NCBI GenBank assembly: GCA_963700985.1
Contig: OY969554.1
Span: 1-64,000, forward strand
DNA length: 64,000 nucleotides
DNA from: an uncultured Chlamydiales bacterium
GTDB lineage: Bacteria; Chlamydiota; Chlamydiia; Chlamydiales; Rhabdochlamydiaceae
Direction of reading: 5' to 3'
This document shows, one piece after another, positions 27,311 to 36,895 of the stretch. A model generated the notes under the pieces. It was not told the DNA's origin, made no database searches, and was given only the letters and a program-made list of their open reading frames with translations. The translations under genes and the position numbers were made by a program. Each line of letters starts with the position of its first letter. Position 1 is the first letter of the stretch.

Positions 27311-30300
27311 TTATTGGCAACTTTCACAGCCTTCTTCCAGGCTGCAGCTCTTAGGAGCTGTGTTTTTTATTTTTTCTTCAACCGGAGCTTGTTCTTCTTC
27401 ACGCTGCAGAAGAATGTTGCTCGAGGCTGATTTATTTTTCATCCAGCGTGGCTGCAGGCCACGTGCATTGATGTCAGTGGTCGATTTTTCGATCTGCGTT
27501 GCCGCAAGTGTGCGTAGATAATAGGTTGTTTTAAGACCTTTGGTCCACGCAAAACGGTACATCTGATCCAATTTTTTTCCGCTTGGCTCAGACATGTAGA
27601 GGTTCAGAGATTGACCCATGTCGATCCACTTTTGACGACGGCTAGCGCACTCGATTACCCAATCAGGCTCGATCTCAAAAGCTGTTAAGAAGAGCTGTTT
27701 AACTTCGGCAGGGATGCGTTCGATTTCAGCGATCGATCCATCGAAATACTTAAGGTCATCGAGCATTGCATTGTCCCAGATTCCCAGGCTTTTCAGACGA
27801 TCGACTAGGAAAGTGTTAACGATTGTAAACTCACCAGAGAGGTTCGATTTAACGAAGAGATGTTTATACATCGGTTCGATCGACTGCGTAATGCCGGTAA
27901 TATTCGAGATGGTGGCGGTTGGTGCAATCGCCATCGTGTTGCTATTGCGCACACCATGTTTTTTAATCGATTCACGCACAGGCGTCCAGTCGAGCGCATG
28001 GCTGTGATCGACATCGAGGAAGCCGCCGCGCTCTTTTTCCAGCAGCGCGATCGTATCGATTGGTAAAAGCCCACGACTCCACTTAGAACCTTGATATGTG
28101 GGGTATGCACCGCGCTCTTGAGCCAGCTCACTTGAAGCCAAGATGGCGTAGTAGGAGATCATTTCCATGCTCGAATCGGCGAATTTGACAGCTTCGTGGC
28201 TGGCATAGCTAACATTGAGCATGTAGAGCGCATCTTGAAAGCCCATCAAGCCTAGACCAATCGGACGGTGACGCTGATTAGCAGTTTTTGCTTCGATGGT
28301 TGGATAGTAGTTGATATCGATCACGTTATCTAGCATGCGCACAGCTGTTTTAATCGTTGAGGCAAGCTTTTGCTGATCGAGCCCTTTCGAGGTCATGTGC
28401 TCAACTAAGTTGATCGAGCCCAAGTTGCACACAGCGGTTTCTTCAGCTGAAGTGTTGAGCAGGATTTCCGTGCAAAGGTTGGAGCTATGCACCACACCCA
28501 TATGATCTTGAGGCGAGCGGATGTTAGAAGGATCTTTGAACGTAACCCATGGGTGACCTGTTTCAAAAAGCATGCTGAGCATTTTGCGCCAGAGTTGCAC
28601 GGCTTCGATCTTTTTGAAGAGCTTGATCTTGCCATCTTCGACCATCTTCTCATATTCGCCGTAACGCTTTTCAAAAGCTTGTCCATAGAGGTCATGCAGA
28701 TCAGGTACATCGCTTGGGCTGAAAAGAGTCCAGATGCCGTTCTCGAAGACGCGCTTCATAAATAGATCGGGAATCCAGTTAGCGGTGTTCATGTCATGCG
28801 TACGTCTGCGTTCATCGCCTGTGTTTTTGCGTAGCTCAAGGAAATCTTCGATGTCGAGGTGCCAAGTTTCTAGGTAAGCGCACATCGCCCCTTTGCGTTT
28901 GCCCCCATTGTGGGCAAGGCCGGCAGTTGTCATGTAGGACTCATCGTTTTCGACTTTGAGGTCATGCACAAAAGCTGTTGGCTTGAGAGGTTTGACTCCT
29001 TTGACACGCGAAAAGATCTGTTTGCCAATCGTTAGCCAGTTGTATTTGGTAAGAGGTTTGCAATCCAGTTTTTGCGCGATTTCTTTGATGGCTGGGATGC
29101 GTAGGTCATAGGCGTAGGTTTCTCCTTTGAACTCTGCAAGCGAGCCATCGGAACGTTTTCCAATGTGATCGTTTTTGCGTACACGTAGCTTACCTGCAGT
29201 TGGAACGCCCAAGCGCAGCATCTGATAGCGAATTCCCTCGATGAGCGGAAGAGAAGTATTTGTAAACGAGATCTCTTTGCCACGAGAGACGTTGCCATCC
29301 GTTTCAAGTAGTCCCTGTAAAAGAGCCAGTGCTTGAGGACGAGGTAAGTGCGCAAAGCGCGCAGCGATGCGTTTATTATGCTCTGCATCGTAGAGATCAT
29401 CATAGCTTAAAGGAAGCGTTGGAGCGCCACTGCCAGTGATGCGGCCTGTCTTCTCATCACGCACAGCTCCACGTCCAGCTGCCCAGTGGATCTGGATATA
29501 AGTGTTTCCACGACCTGTTTCCCAGAAATGGATGTCGCGTGCTGTTAAATAACTACGCACGAATTCAAGATGTTCGTCTGTGGTAGGATTGCCTGAAACA
29601 CCCCACTCAAATCCGTTTTTGGAAAGATGGCCGTCGCCTAAAAGAATTCCATACAAGCGGGCATCTTCTTCATTAAAACCAGGAACGAAGACGACTTCTT
29701 GAGGAATGGTCTGCGCGATGTAGTCTCCTTTTTTAAGTTCGCCTGCATCGATCCACTGACCTTGAACTTTTCCTTTAGAAACCCACTCTAATGTTCGCTC
29801 ATTTGCTTGCTCGAGCGGAATGCCGCGCAGAGCATAGAAAGGGTGTCCTGCAGTTACTGAAAGCGGTTCTAATGAGTGTTTGATATCGATTTGAACCATC
29901 GGTCCGTGCTGGGTGTAGTCGAATTTTTCCGAGACTTCTCGGTAGATTCCACTAATTCCAAGGACGAGGTCGCCAGCATGTACATCGGCAATAGGTCTGA
30001 TGCCATTTGCTGTGTAGAGGAAAGTCTCTGGGGCAAAGCACTGGTTGACTGCTACTGCTGTATCATTAGCGACTTTGAGGAAAGGAATTACGCCCTGGCT
30101 GCGGCCGTTTGTTCCCTTGATCGTTGCGCCTGTGGCACGCACGTTTGTCCAGTCGTTACCGATACCACCTGCCCATTTGGAGAGCTGCGCGTCATCGGAG
30201 ACAACTTTGAAAATGTGGCCTAAGTCGTCCATTACGGTTGAGAGGTAGCAAGAGCTCAGCTGTGGGTGCAGCGTACCAGAATTAAAGAGTGTTGGTGTGC

Positions 30301-31702
30301 TGGAGACAAAGAGGAAACTTGAAAGCACGTCATAGAATTCAATTGCGCGCTCGTTGCGGCGCTCTTTCTCACAAAGCGCAAGACCCATCGCTACGCGCAT
30401 CCAGAAAATCTGCGGTGTTTCGAGTTTTCTCTGCATGTCATGGATGAAATAACGATCGTAGAGTGTCTGCAGACCCAAATAGGCGAATTGATCATCTCTT
30501 TTCAGTTGGATGGCTTTAGCTAGTTTATCGAGGTCAAACTCTAAAAGATCGGCATGCACGCGGTGTAGGCTGATCGCTTGTTTGAGGTAGCTTTTGAAAT
30601 ATTCGCGGTGTGCAGATTCAAGCGTTGGATCGGAAGAGGAGATGCCGAGTGTTTCGCGATAAAGCATGTCCAAAAGTAAGCGAGAAGCCACTTTTGAATA
30701 AGCCGGCTCAACTTCGATTTTAGCTCTGGAAGCTAAGATATTCGCTTGATCGACTTCACTCTCTTTCATGCCTTCGTAGAAGTTGGCAATTGAGCTTTCT
30801 AGGAGCTCTTCAGCAGAGACCTGATCTTCAAGGCCGCGGCATGCGAATTTTAGACGGGCGAGTAAGCCTTTTTCGTTTAAAATTTGCATCGAACCATCGG
30901 CGCGTTGGATGGTGAATTGTCTAAGTGGGATGCCTTCTTCAAGTGTGCGCATTTCACTGTCTGGAAGAGATTGCTCTCCGATAGAAGCGCGGTAGAGGAT
31001 GAACTCTTTGGCGACGTTGAAGTAGCCTTCGCGCATCAGCTGCTGTTCAATTTCATCTTGGATGAGCAGAACAGAGAGGTTGACGCCCGATTTAGCGAGA
31101 GAAGCGGCACGTGCGACAACTTTTTGGGTGAGAAGGTTTACAGCATCGACCACATCTTGCGAGGAGGGGCCTTGCAGATGCTTTGTACGGCGAAACGCGA
31201 GTTCAATTGCAGAGGCGATTTTCATCGGATTGAAGCGCACAAGAACGCCATCTTTGCGTGCAATTTTAAGATTTTCAGGGGAGTCTTCGCGAAGAGCCTT
31301 ATGCTGATCTCGATAGATAATATAGTCACGTGCTATATCGTGATGTTTGCATTTCATGAGGCAGACTTCGACGAGATCTTGGATGCCTTCAACCGAAAGG
31401 GAGGCGCCCTGAGCTGCTAGAATAATAAGTTGAGAGACGACAGAATCTGTCACCTCTTCGACCATGCTAACAACTTCTTTGGGAAGCGTTTCAGCTTTAG
31501 AGATTTTTTTTGTATCTCGGAAGGCGGCTTCTACCGCACGGAAGATTCTTTCCTTTCTAAAAGGGACAATCGATCCATTGCGTTTGACGACCGTAAAACT
31601 TTCTGCGGCCACCGACTTATCGAGTTTTTGCACAGAATTCTTTAAGGTTGAAACGAGGTCTGAAAGTGTAGATTTTACCGATGAAGAGGCCTTGTTTGAC
31701 AT
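27311..31702 (-). CDS. nrdA: Ribonucleotide reductase alpha subunit with three N-terminal ATP-cone-like domains and one intein
   Basis: ATP-cone starts [56 protein letters not shown]-terminal CESC. Confidence 0.97.
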   Translation of the reverse strand: MSNKASSSVKSTLSDLVSTLKNSVQKLDKSVAAESFTVVKRNGSIVPFRKERIFRAVEAAFRDTKKISKAETLPKEVVSMVEEVTDSVVSQLIILAAQGASLSVEGIQDLVEVCLMKCKHHDIARDYIIYRDQHKALREDSPENLKIARKDGVLVRFNPMKIASAIELAFRRTKHLQGPSSQDVVDAVNLLTQKVVARAASLAKSGVNLSVLLIQDEIEQQLMREGYFNVAKEFILYRASIGEQSLPDSEMRTLEEGIPLRQFTIQRADGSMQILNEKGLLARLKFACRGLEDQVSAEELLESSIANFYEGMKESEVDQANILASRAKIEVEPAYSKVASRLLLDMLYRETLGISSSDPTLESAHREYFKSYLKQAISLHRVHADLLEFDLDKLAKAIQLKRDDQFAYLGLQTLYDRYFIHDMQRKLETPQIFWMRVAMGLALCEKERRNERAIEFYDVLSSFLFVSSTPTLFNSGTLHPQLSSCYLSTVMDDLGHIFKVVSDDAQLSKWAGGIGNDWTNVRATGATIKGTNGRSQGVIPFLKVANDTAVAVNQCFAPETFLYTANGIRPIADVHAGDLVLGISGIYREVSEKFDYTQHGPMVQIDIKHSLEPLSVTAGHPFYALRGIPLEQANERTLEWVSKGKVQGQWIDAGELKKGDYIAQTIPQEVVFVPGFNEEDARLYGILLGDGHLSKNGFEWGVSGNPTTDEHLEFVRSYLTARDIHFWETGRGNTYIQIHWAAGRGAVRDEKTGRITGSGAPTLPLSYDDLYDAEHNKRIAARFAHLPRPQALALLQGLLETDGNVSRGKEISFTNTSLPLIEGIRYQMLRLGVPTAGKLRVRKNDHIGKRSDGSLAEFKGETYAYDLRIPAIKEIAQKLDCKPLTKYNWLTIGKQIFSRVKGVKPLKPTAFVHDLKVENDESYMTTAGLAHNGGKRKGAMCAYLETWHLDIEDFLELRKNTGDERRRTHDMNTANWIPDLFMKRVFENGIWTLFSPSDVPDLHDLYGQAFEKRYGEYEKMVEDGKIKLFKKIEAVQLWRKMLSMLFETGHPWVTFKDPSNIRSPQDHMGVVHSSNLCTEILLNTSAEETAVCNLGSINLVEHMTSKGLDQQKLASTIKTAVRMLDNVIDINYYPTIEAKTANQRHRPIGLGLMGFQDALYMLNVSYASHEAVKFADSSMEMISYYAILASSELAQERGAYPTYQGSKWSRGLLPIDTIALLEKERGGFLDVDHSHALDWTPVRESIKKHGVRNSNTMAIAPTATISNITGITQSIEPMYKHLFVKSNLSGEFTIVNTFLVDRLKSLGIWDNAMLDDLKYFDGSIAEIERIPAEVKQLFLTAFEIEPDWVIECASRRQKWIDMGQSLNLYMSEPSGKKLDQMYRFAWTKGLKTTYYLRTLAATQIEKSTTDINARGLQPRWMKNKSASSNILLQREEEQAPVEEKIKNTAPKSCSLEEGCESCQ
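28907..30040 (-). mobile_element. 378-aa intein with LAGLIDADG homing endonuclease inside nrdA
   Basis: Inserted in AVNQ|GGKRKGA; begins CFAPET; block [18 protein letters not shown] motifs LYGILLGDG and LQGLLETDG; block F VHDLKVE; ends AHN. Confidence 0.93.
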
Positions 31703-31732
31703 GCGTTGTTCTCCTATAGGATAGAGGCTTGT

Positions 31733-31780
31733 GTACTAGATCTAGTATTAATTTTCTTTCGTATACACCATATATAGTAG
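31733..31780. promoter_or_regulatory. Tandem NrdR boxes upstream of nrdA
   Basis: GTACTAGATCTAGTAT (31733-31748) and ACACCATATATAGTAG (31765-31780), 32 bp apart, fit acaCwAtATaTwGtgt. Confidence 0.85.
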
Positions 31781-32070
31781 TCTTAATCTTTAAGTGTCTA
31801 GCAAAATGAAGACGCAAAAAAAAATGGTTCACTAACTCTCAAAGATTCAATAACCTACTCTTCATTTTTTAAATGTCGCTGCGATTTTCCTTGCTTGCAA
31901 TTCCTTGAGATTTTTTTCTGTTGTCTTGGCCATTTTGAAACGATCTGGTATGTTTAGGTAAATAGAGCCAGTTGCAAAACTCGCTTCGGAGTCCAAATTC
32001 GATGATTTTGGCGCTGGTTTGGACCCGAATTGGAGTTTTGCAAATGGCTCAATAAAGCATAGAGGTCATT

Positions 32071-32907
32071 TTGCGTAGAATTTATCTCATCCCCAATATC
32101 ATCACGGCGTTTGGGCTCGCCTGCGGTCTCTTTGTAATTTTTAAAGTAAACATGGTTGAGCCCGGATCGGGCACCTATCAAGTTCTTTATGCATCTGTGC
32201 TCCTATTACTAGTGGCAGCTTTTGCAGACTATGTCGACGGTGCGGTGGCACGTGCTTTTCGTGCCGAGAGTGAATTTGGTTTTATGTTCGATTCACTGGC
32301 GGATGCCGTCTCTTTTGGTGTGGCGCCTTCAGTGCTGCTGCTTAAAAGTCTTTCTTTGGAACAGGGAACTGGCCTCTCCTTTTTTGCTGTAACAGGTGCG
32401 ATGCTCTATTCCATTGGGGGGATTCTGCGCCTCGTGCGCTTTAACGTGCGCACCAATGAGGCAAAAGGCGATGCTGAGATGCGTGAGTCGCAAAAGAAAC
32501 ATTTTACGGGCCTTCCGATTCCTGCCGCTGCTCTTGCCGCAGTTTCAATAAACCTTCTTTTCTCCTCTCCGATGGGAGAAAGGCTTATGCCCATGAGTGG
32601 AGAGATGCGCGCAATCGTATTGAGCTCGCTCATGATTATTTTGGGCTATTTCATGGTTAGCCGTTGGAAGTTCCCAAGTTTAAAGATGCTCCATTTCCGC
32701 GTGCCTTCATTTCAGCTGCTTTTTTTAACCGTCATTTTAGCAATTTTTGTGCTCTATGGAATTCTATACTTCTTCCCAGCTGTGCTGGCATTGATTGTGT
32801 GGGGTTACATCGTCTTGGGCTGGATTCTCTCGATCATCCGGCTGATTGCAGGCAAGAAGTCGAAAACACTTGAGGATTTTGAACCCGAACGCGATGAGCT
32901 AGATTAA
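32071..32907 (+). CDS. pssA: CDP-diacylglycerol--serine O-phosphatidyltransferase
   Basis: IPNIIT, DYVDGAVAR..ESEFG..FDSLADAVSFGVAP, LRLVRFN, FTGLPIPAAA. Confidence 0.93.
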   Translation: MRRIYLIPNIITAFGLACGLFVIFKVNMVEPGSGTYQVLYASVLLLLVAAFADYVDGAVARAFRAESEFGFMFDSLADAVSFGVAPSVLLLKSLSLEQGTGLSFFAVTGAMLYSIGGILRLVRFNVRTNEAKGDAEMRESQKKHFTGLPIPAAALAAVSINLLFSSPMGERLMPMSGEMRAIVLSSLMIILGYFMVSRWKFPSLKMLHFRVPSFQLLFLTVILAIFVLYGILYFFPAVLALIVWGYIVLGWILSIIRLIAGKKSKTLEDFEPERDELD

Positions 32908-32910
32908 TCT

Positions 32911-34260
32911 ATGCTAACTGCCTACTTTGGCTTAGGATTTGCTCTTCTATCTGCACTTCTACTCTATGTATATGAGCGGAGCCGCAAACGAGAGGCGCAT
33001 TTCCTGCTTTCAATCGCCGAGCAGAAGAACGCGGCTATTCCTCAATTAGAAGCCGCCCTTAAAGAGAAAGAAGAACAGTTAATCACCTTCAAAATCAAAC
33101 AGTCTAGCTTGGAAGAGAAGATTAACTTTGCCAAGCAAGCCAACGAGAGCTTATCCCAAGCTTTCAAAGCTCTTTCACATGAAGCCCTCGAAAAAAATAG
33201 CAGCTCCTTTCTAAAGCTGGCCAATGCGACTTTAGAGAAGTTTCAAGAGTCGGCCAAAGGCGATCTCGAAAAGAGACAACAGTCGATCACCGAAATGGTG
33301 ACTCCTATGAAAGAGTCTTTAAATAAGCTCGATTTAGGCTTAAGACAACTGGAAAAAGATCGTAAGGGCGATCAGCAGCAGATGCATGAGCAGCTGCGTT
33401 CGCTGGTTGAAACTGAGAAGCAACTGCGCCATGAAACAGCAAGCTTGGTGAAAGCTCTGCGCTCGCCCATTGCTCGCGGCAGGTGGGGAGAGATTCAGTT
33501 AAAGAGAGTAGTTGAGCTAGCTGGCATGTTGAACCATTGTGATTTCACGGAGCAGAATCACCAAGAAGATGATGAAGGGCGGCTAAGACCCGATCTTATC
33601 GTGCATCTTCCAGGCGGACGGCAGGTGATCGTCGATGCTAAAGCGCCACTTGAGGCCTATTTAGAAGCGATCCACACACAAGATGAAAATGTGCGTGAGC
33701 AGAAACTAAAAGATCACGCGCGCCAGGTGCGGCAGCATGTAGTGGCTTTAAGCAAGAAGGCTTATTGGGAGCGTTTCCATCCCACACCAGAATTCGTCGT
33801 GCTTTTTCTTCCGGCTGAAACATTTTTCAGCGCCGCACTTGAATATGATCCTTCATTAATCGAAGTCGGCGTGGAGCAAGGCGTGATCCTAGCTACACCG
33901 ACCACGCTCATCGCGCTTCTGCGTTCGGTCTCTTATGGTTGGAAGCAGGAGAGCCTTTCGCGGCATGCCGAAGAGCTCGAACAGCTCGGTCAAGAGCTCT
34001 ATAAACGCATGGTAGATATGTGCGGTCATTTTACGCGCACTGGACGCTCGCTTGGAGGTGCCGTGGAATCTTTTAACAAAGCCATGGGCTCACTCGAATC
34101 TCGCGTACTTGTCTCAGCGCGCAAATTCAAAGAGTTCGGCGCCACAAGCTCAGCCATTGATCTAGACCCGATCGACCTCGTCGAAAGAATCCCTCGCGAG
34201 CTCCAACTCCCCGAACTCACAAGCTCCCCTGTGGAGTGCGGCGACTCGCCAAAAGCTTAG
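32911..34260 (+). CDS. rmuC: DNA recombination protein RmuC
   Basis: N-terminal TM and coiled coil, RGRWGEIQL, LRPDLIVHLPG, VDAKAPL, FVVLFLP, TPTTLIALL. Confidence 0.95.
   Translation: MLTAYFGLGFALLSALLLYVYERSRKREAHFLLSIAEQKNAAIPQLEAALKEKEEQLITFKIKQSSLEEKINFAKQANESLSQAFKALSHEALEKNSSSFLKLANATLEKFQESAKGDLEKRQQSITEMVTPMKESLNKLDLGLRQLEKDRKGDQQQMHEQLRSLVETEKQLRHETASLVKALRSPIARGRWGEIQLKRVVELAGMLNHCDFTEQNHQEDDEGRLRPDLIVHLPGGRQVIVDAKAPLEAYLEAIHTQDENVREQKLKDHARQVRQHVVALSKKAYWERFHPTPEFVVLFLPAETFFSAALEYDPSLIEVGVEQGVILATPTTLIALLRSVSYGWKQESLSRHAEELEQLGQELYKRMVDMCGHFTRTGRSLGGAVESFNKAMGSLESRVLVSARKFKEFGATSSAIDLDPIDLVERIPRELQLPELTSSPVECGDSPKA
34232..34250. repeat. Truncated REP-like arm (copy C) inside the rmuC 3' end
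   Basis: TGGAGTGCGGCGACTCGCC resembles the reverse complement of the arm at 6209-6233. Confidence 0.5.
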
Positions 34261-35948
34261 TGCCACATCTGTCGAAGAGTTTTGAATAAATGAGAGCAAA
34301 CTCGTTTTGGCAAAGATGGTTTTAAATCAAAAGTCAATGCGCGATCGATTTTTTGCAAAAGTTCCCGTTCAACGGTTGCGAGTGTTTCAAGCCACACAGA
34401 TTCGGAAAAGGAGTCTGGGAGTAGAGCGAATACTCGTTGGTGATACCATGGATCAGAATCTTTAGGAGTGAGAACGAAAGGAGTTTTCGTAACAGTGCCA
34501 GTTCCAAAACCAAGATACCGCGCTTCTCTCATTGCGGTTTTCAATTCGCGGATTTGCTTGCGGAATGAGGAAATTTGTTCTGCTCGGGCATGATAGGAAT
34601 GGTTGCTCGGAAGGCTGACATGCTCAAGGTGGGGGATGCGCAGTAACTTTTGAATATCTTGCTCTGTAAGACCGGAGCAATCTTCCAAATAAACCGTTCT
34701 TAAATTAATAAATCTTTTTAAAATGGTGTTCAAATCTTCTGACGAGATTGCACGTGCGCTAAATCCATCTATATTTGTGGGGGAGCTTTTCTCAAGCAGT
34801 TCGTTTAAACTGATCGGCCCTCCATTTATTTTTTGGTAGTCTTCTTGAAGACTGCTGAGATCAAAGTGCGTTGCCTGACGTAATTGTCTAAAGAACATCT
34901 TAAGAGCTTGGTCGACAGTTAATTTGCAACTTTCTTCTTCACCGACGCCTAATCCGTGAATAGGGAAATAACTAGAAGCGTAAAAGGTGAGGCGTTCTGT
35001 TAGATAGTCCGAAACAGTCATGCATAGATCTGCCGGTAAGGGAAGGTATCTGCTTAATGTCAGATCACGGACTGTGGAAAGGGGAGGAAGGGGAGAAGCT
35101 GGTAGTAAACCTAATTCTTGGCGCACATCGAAACATTTTCTCCAGCTTAAATTCAAGTTTAGCTCCCATTCTTGATAAAAAGAGCTCTCGAACTCACCCA
35201 ATGGAGTCATTAACTCAAGACAATTGCGGTTAGCTTGAAGCGCAGCCAATAGCTCTTCCTTGAGAGGCTGTTCGATTGCAAGTGTGGACATGTAACTCAG
35301 CAGCATGGATTGAAGGAGTGGAGATTCGGGATGAATAACAGTAGATGTATCAACTCTCGGATCCTTTAAACCTACCAGCCTGCGCAATGAAGTAGAGGAA
35401 TCTAGCTTAATGCATTGATGAAGCTCGCGATCTTTAGAAACTTTCAAGCAAAAAACATCCAGCGTTTCTAAGCCATTTGCATCGATGGTTTGATCAAGAG
35501 GAAGGTTACCTTGAAGAATCAACTCATTTATTTGAGGAAAGGCGCGACGATATTTTGCTAAGTCTGCAAGTGCTTCCTCGCTCACGTATAGTTTTTCCAC
35601 TCGAGGAGCTTTCTGAGCCAAATGTTGCAGGTTAAAGGCTGGCGTTGTTTCACTCTGTTGATATTTGCGTAAATATTCAGCGATCATTTGGGAAGTAAGA
35701 GTCGCCGCATAGAGAAGTTCTTGATCCAGTGCTACAGTGACGGCTTTCGAGCTTAAGGTAAGAGTTAGGTGTTGAAACCCTTCTTTACTTATCGGCTGGA
35801 TGAGAAAAGCGCTGATAATGGATTGGACATCTTGTGCCACATGGTCTTTTAAGGCGTCATCAAGTGCAGCTGAAAGAGCTGCTCTGTCTTCGTATTTAAA
35901 AAGACCTCGAGTTGAATGTTCTGGGTAATAACAAATGGCTTTACTCAT
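34257..35948 (-). CDS. Hypothetical protein with two F-box-like motifs and LRR-like repeats; candidate host-targeted effector
   Basis: HVAQDVQSIISAFL and LPLPADLCMTVSDYL; LRR-like PRVEKLYVS, PQINELILQG, NLRTVYLEDCSGLTEQDI, PHLEHVSL. Confidence 0.6.
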   Translation of the reverse strand: MSKAICYYPEHSTRGLFKYEDRAALSAALDDALKDHVAQDVQSIISAFLIQPISKEGFQHLTLTLSSKAVTVALDQELLYAATLTSQMIAEYLRKYQQSETTPAFNLQHLAQKAPRVEKLYVSEEALADLAKYRRAFPQINELILQGNLPLDQTIDANGLETLDVFCLKVSKDRELHQCIKLDSSTSLRRLVGLKDPRVDTSTVIHPESPLLQSMLLSYMSTLAIEQPLKEELLAALQANRNCLELMTPLGEFESSFYQEWELNLNLSWRKCFDVRQELGLLPASPLPPLSTVRDLTLSRYLPLPADLCMTVSDYLTERLTFYASSYFPIHGLGVGEEESCKLTVDQALKMFFRQLRQATHFDLSSLQEDYQKINGGPISLNELLEKSSPTNIDGFSARAISSEDLNTILKRFINLRTVYLEDCSGLTEQDIQKLLRIPHLEHVSLPSNHSYHARAEQISSFRKQIRELKTAMREARYLGFGTGTVTKTPFVLTPKDSDPWYHQRVFALLPDSFSESVWLETLATVERELLQKIDRALTFDLKPSLPKRVCSHLFKTLRQMWH

Positions 35949-36060
35949 ATAACCTAAAATTAAAATTTAATATAATTATAAATGATTGTATTGTTTATTA
36001 AAATATTAAATATTATTTTATATTTGTTTCGTAAGTTGTTGATGATGAGTTAATTATATA

Positions 36061-36114
36061 TTAAACAAGTGAGCGGAAGCTGAGCGCTTCCATGAGATGA
36101 TCATTGGCGATCGA
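36061..36114 (-). repeat. Direct repeat of the last 54 bp of comM (att-like duplication)
   Basis: 51/54 identical to 36896-36949; encodes SIANDHLMEALSFRSLV* versus comM SIATDHLMEALSFRSLV*. Confidence 0.93.
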
Positions 36115-36135
36115 AGTTCTGGTATCGTCCGCCTT

Positions 36136-36483
36136 TTACTCCTGCTCTAGAGTAGTGACAATTTGCTCGAGCTGCTTGCATAAAGACGGTAAATAATCGC
36201 GAATTGTTCTCCAAACGACATCATGATCGATATGGAAATAGGCGTGAATTAGGCGGTTTCTCATTCCAACTGTCTCTTTCCATGGGATCTTAGGAAATCG
36301 CTTTTGTGTTTTTTTAGAAATTCTTCCAGCAGCTTCTCCTACAACCTCAAATTCCCTCACAACTGCTGAGAGAAATTGTCTGTCTTTATCCAAATCAATT
36401 CTTTTTCTCCCTCGGGCAAAAGAAAGAATAGCTTGGGCAGAGTCAAGCATATGTTTAAAGCGAATTAAATCTTTATTTTCCAT
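36136..36483 (-). CDS. HepT-like (DUF86) HEPN RNase toxin
   Basis: EVVGEAA, IPW, GMRNRLIHAY (RX4H followed by the Tyr that is AMPylated in HepT homologs). Confidence 0.93.
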   Translation of the reverse strand: MENKDLIRFKHMLDSAQAILSFARGRKRIDLDKDRQFLSAVVREFEVVGEAAGRISKKTQKRFPKIPWKETVGMRNRLIHAYFHIDHDVVWRTIRDYLPSLCKQLEQIVTTLEQE

Positions 36484-36775
36484 AGATAGTCTTTGCTTTT
36501 GCTAAGACTTCATCTCTGAAGAGAGGGCTTAAATCGTTTGGAGTTTTTAAATCGACTTCTCGTCCAATAATTTCGCCAAGTTCTGATTCAATACCTGCAA
36601 AGCTGAAAAGATGAGGAATATGTTTTTTCTCAAATTTGACCAATATGTCTATGTCGCTTTTCTTCGAAAAATTCGAAGTTAAAACAGACCCAAAAAGAGC
36701 CAAATATACAATATGATATTTCCTGCAAAATTTTTCAATTTTGCGTTTATCTAGATTGATTGGGATCTTTTTCAT
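36473..36775 (-). CDS. MntA-like minimal nucleotidyltransferase antitoxin
   Basis: LFGSV..SDIDILV (GS-x10-DxD), GREVDL; overlaps the HEPN start. Confidence 0.93.
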   Translation of the reverse strand: MKKIPINLDKRKIEKFCRKYHIVYLALFGSVLTSNFSKKSDIDILVKFEKKHIPHLFSFAGIESELGEIIGREVDLKTPNDLSPLFRDEVLAKAKTIYGK

Positions 36776-36840
36776 AGAGATGCCTTTTTTTCTATTTTAA
36801 TGGGCTCTTCTCGGTGAAGTCAAGAGGTTCAATTTATTTT

Positions 36841-36889
36841 TGGAGCGCGTGGGATTTTGTCACAGCGGTGACAAGTCCCACGCACTCCA
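36841..36889. repeat. REP-like palindrome (copy B), possible comM terminator
   Basis: TGGAGCGCGTGGGATTTTGTCAC-AGCG-GTGACAAGTCCCACGCACTCCA near-perfect hairpin just after the comM stop. Confidence 0.75.
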
Positions 36890-36895
36890 CGATAT

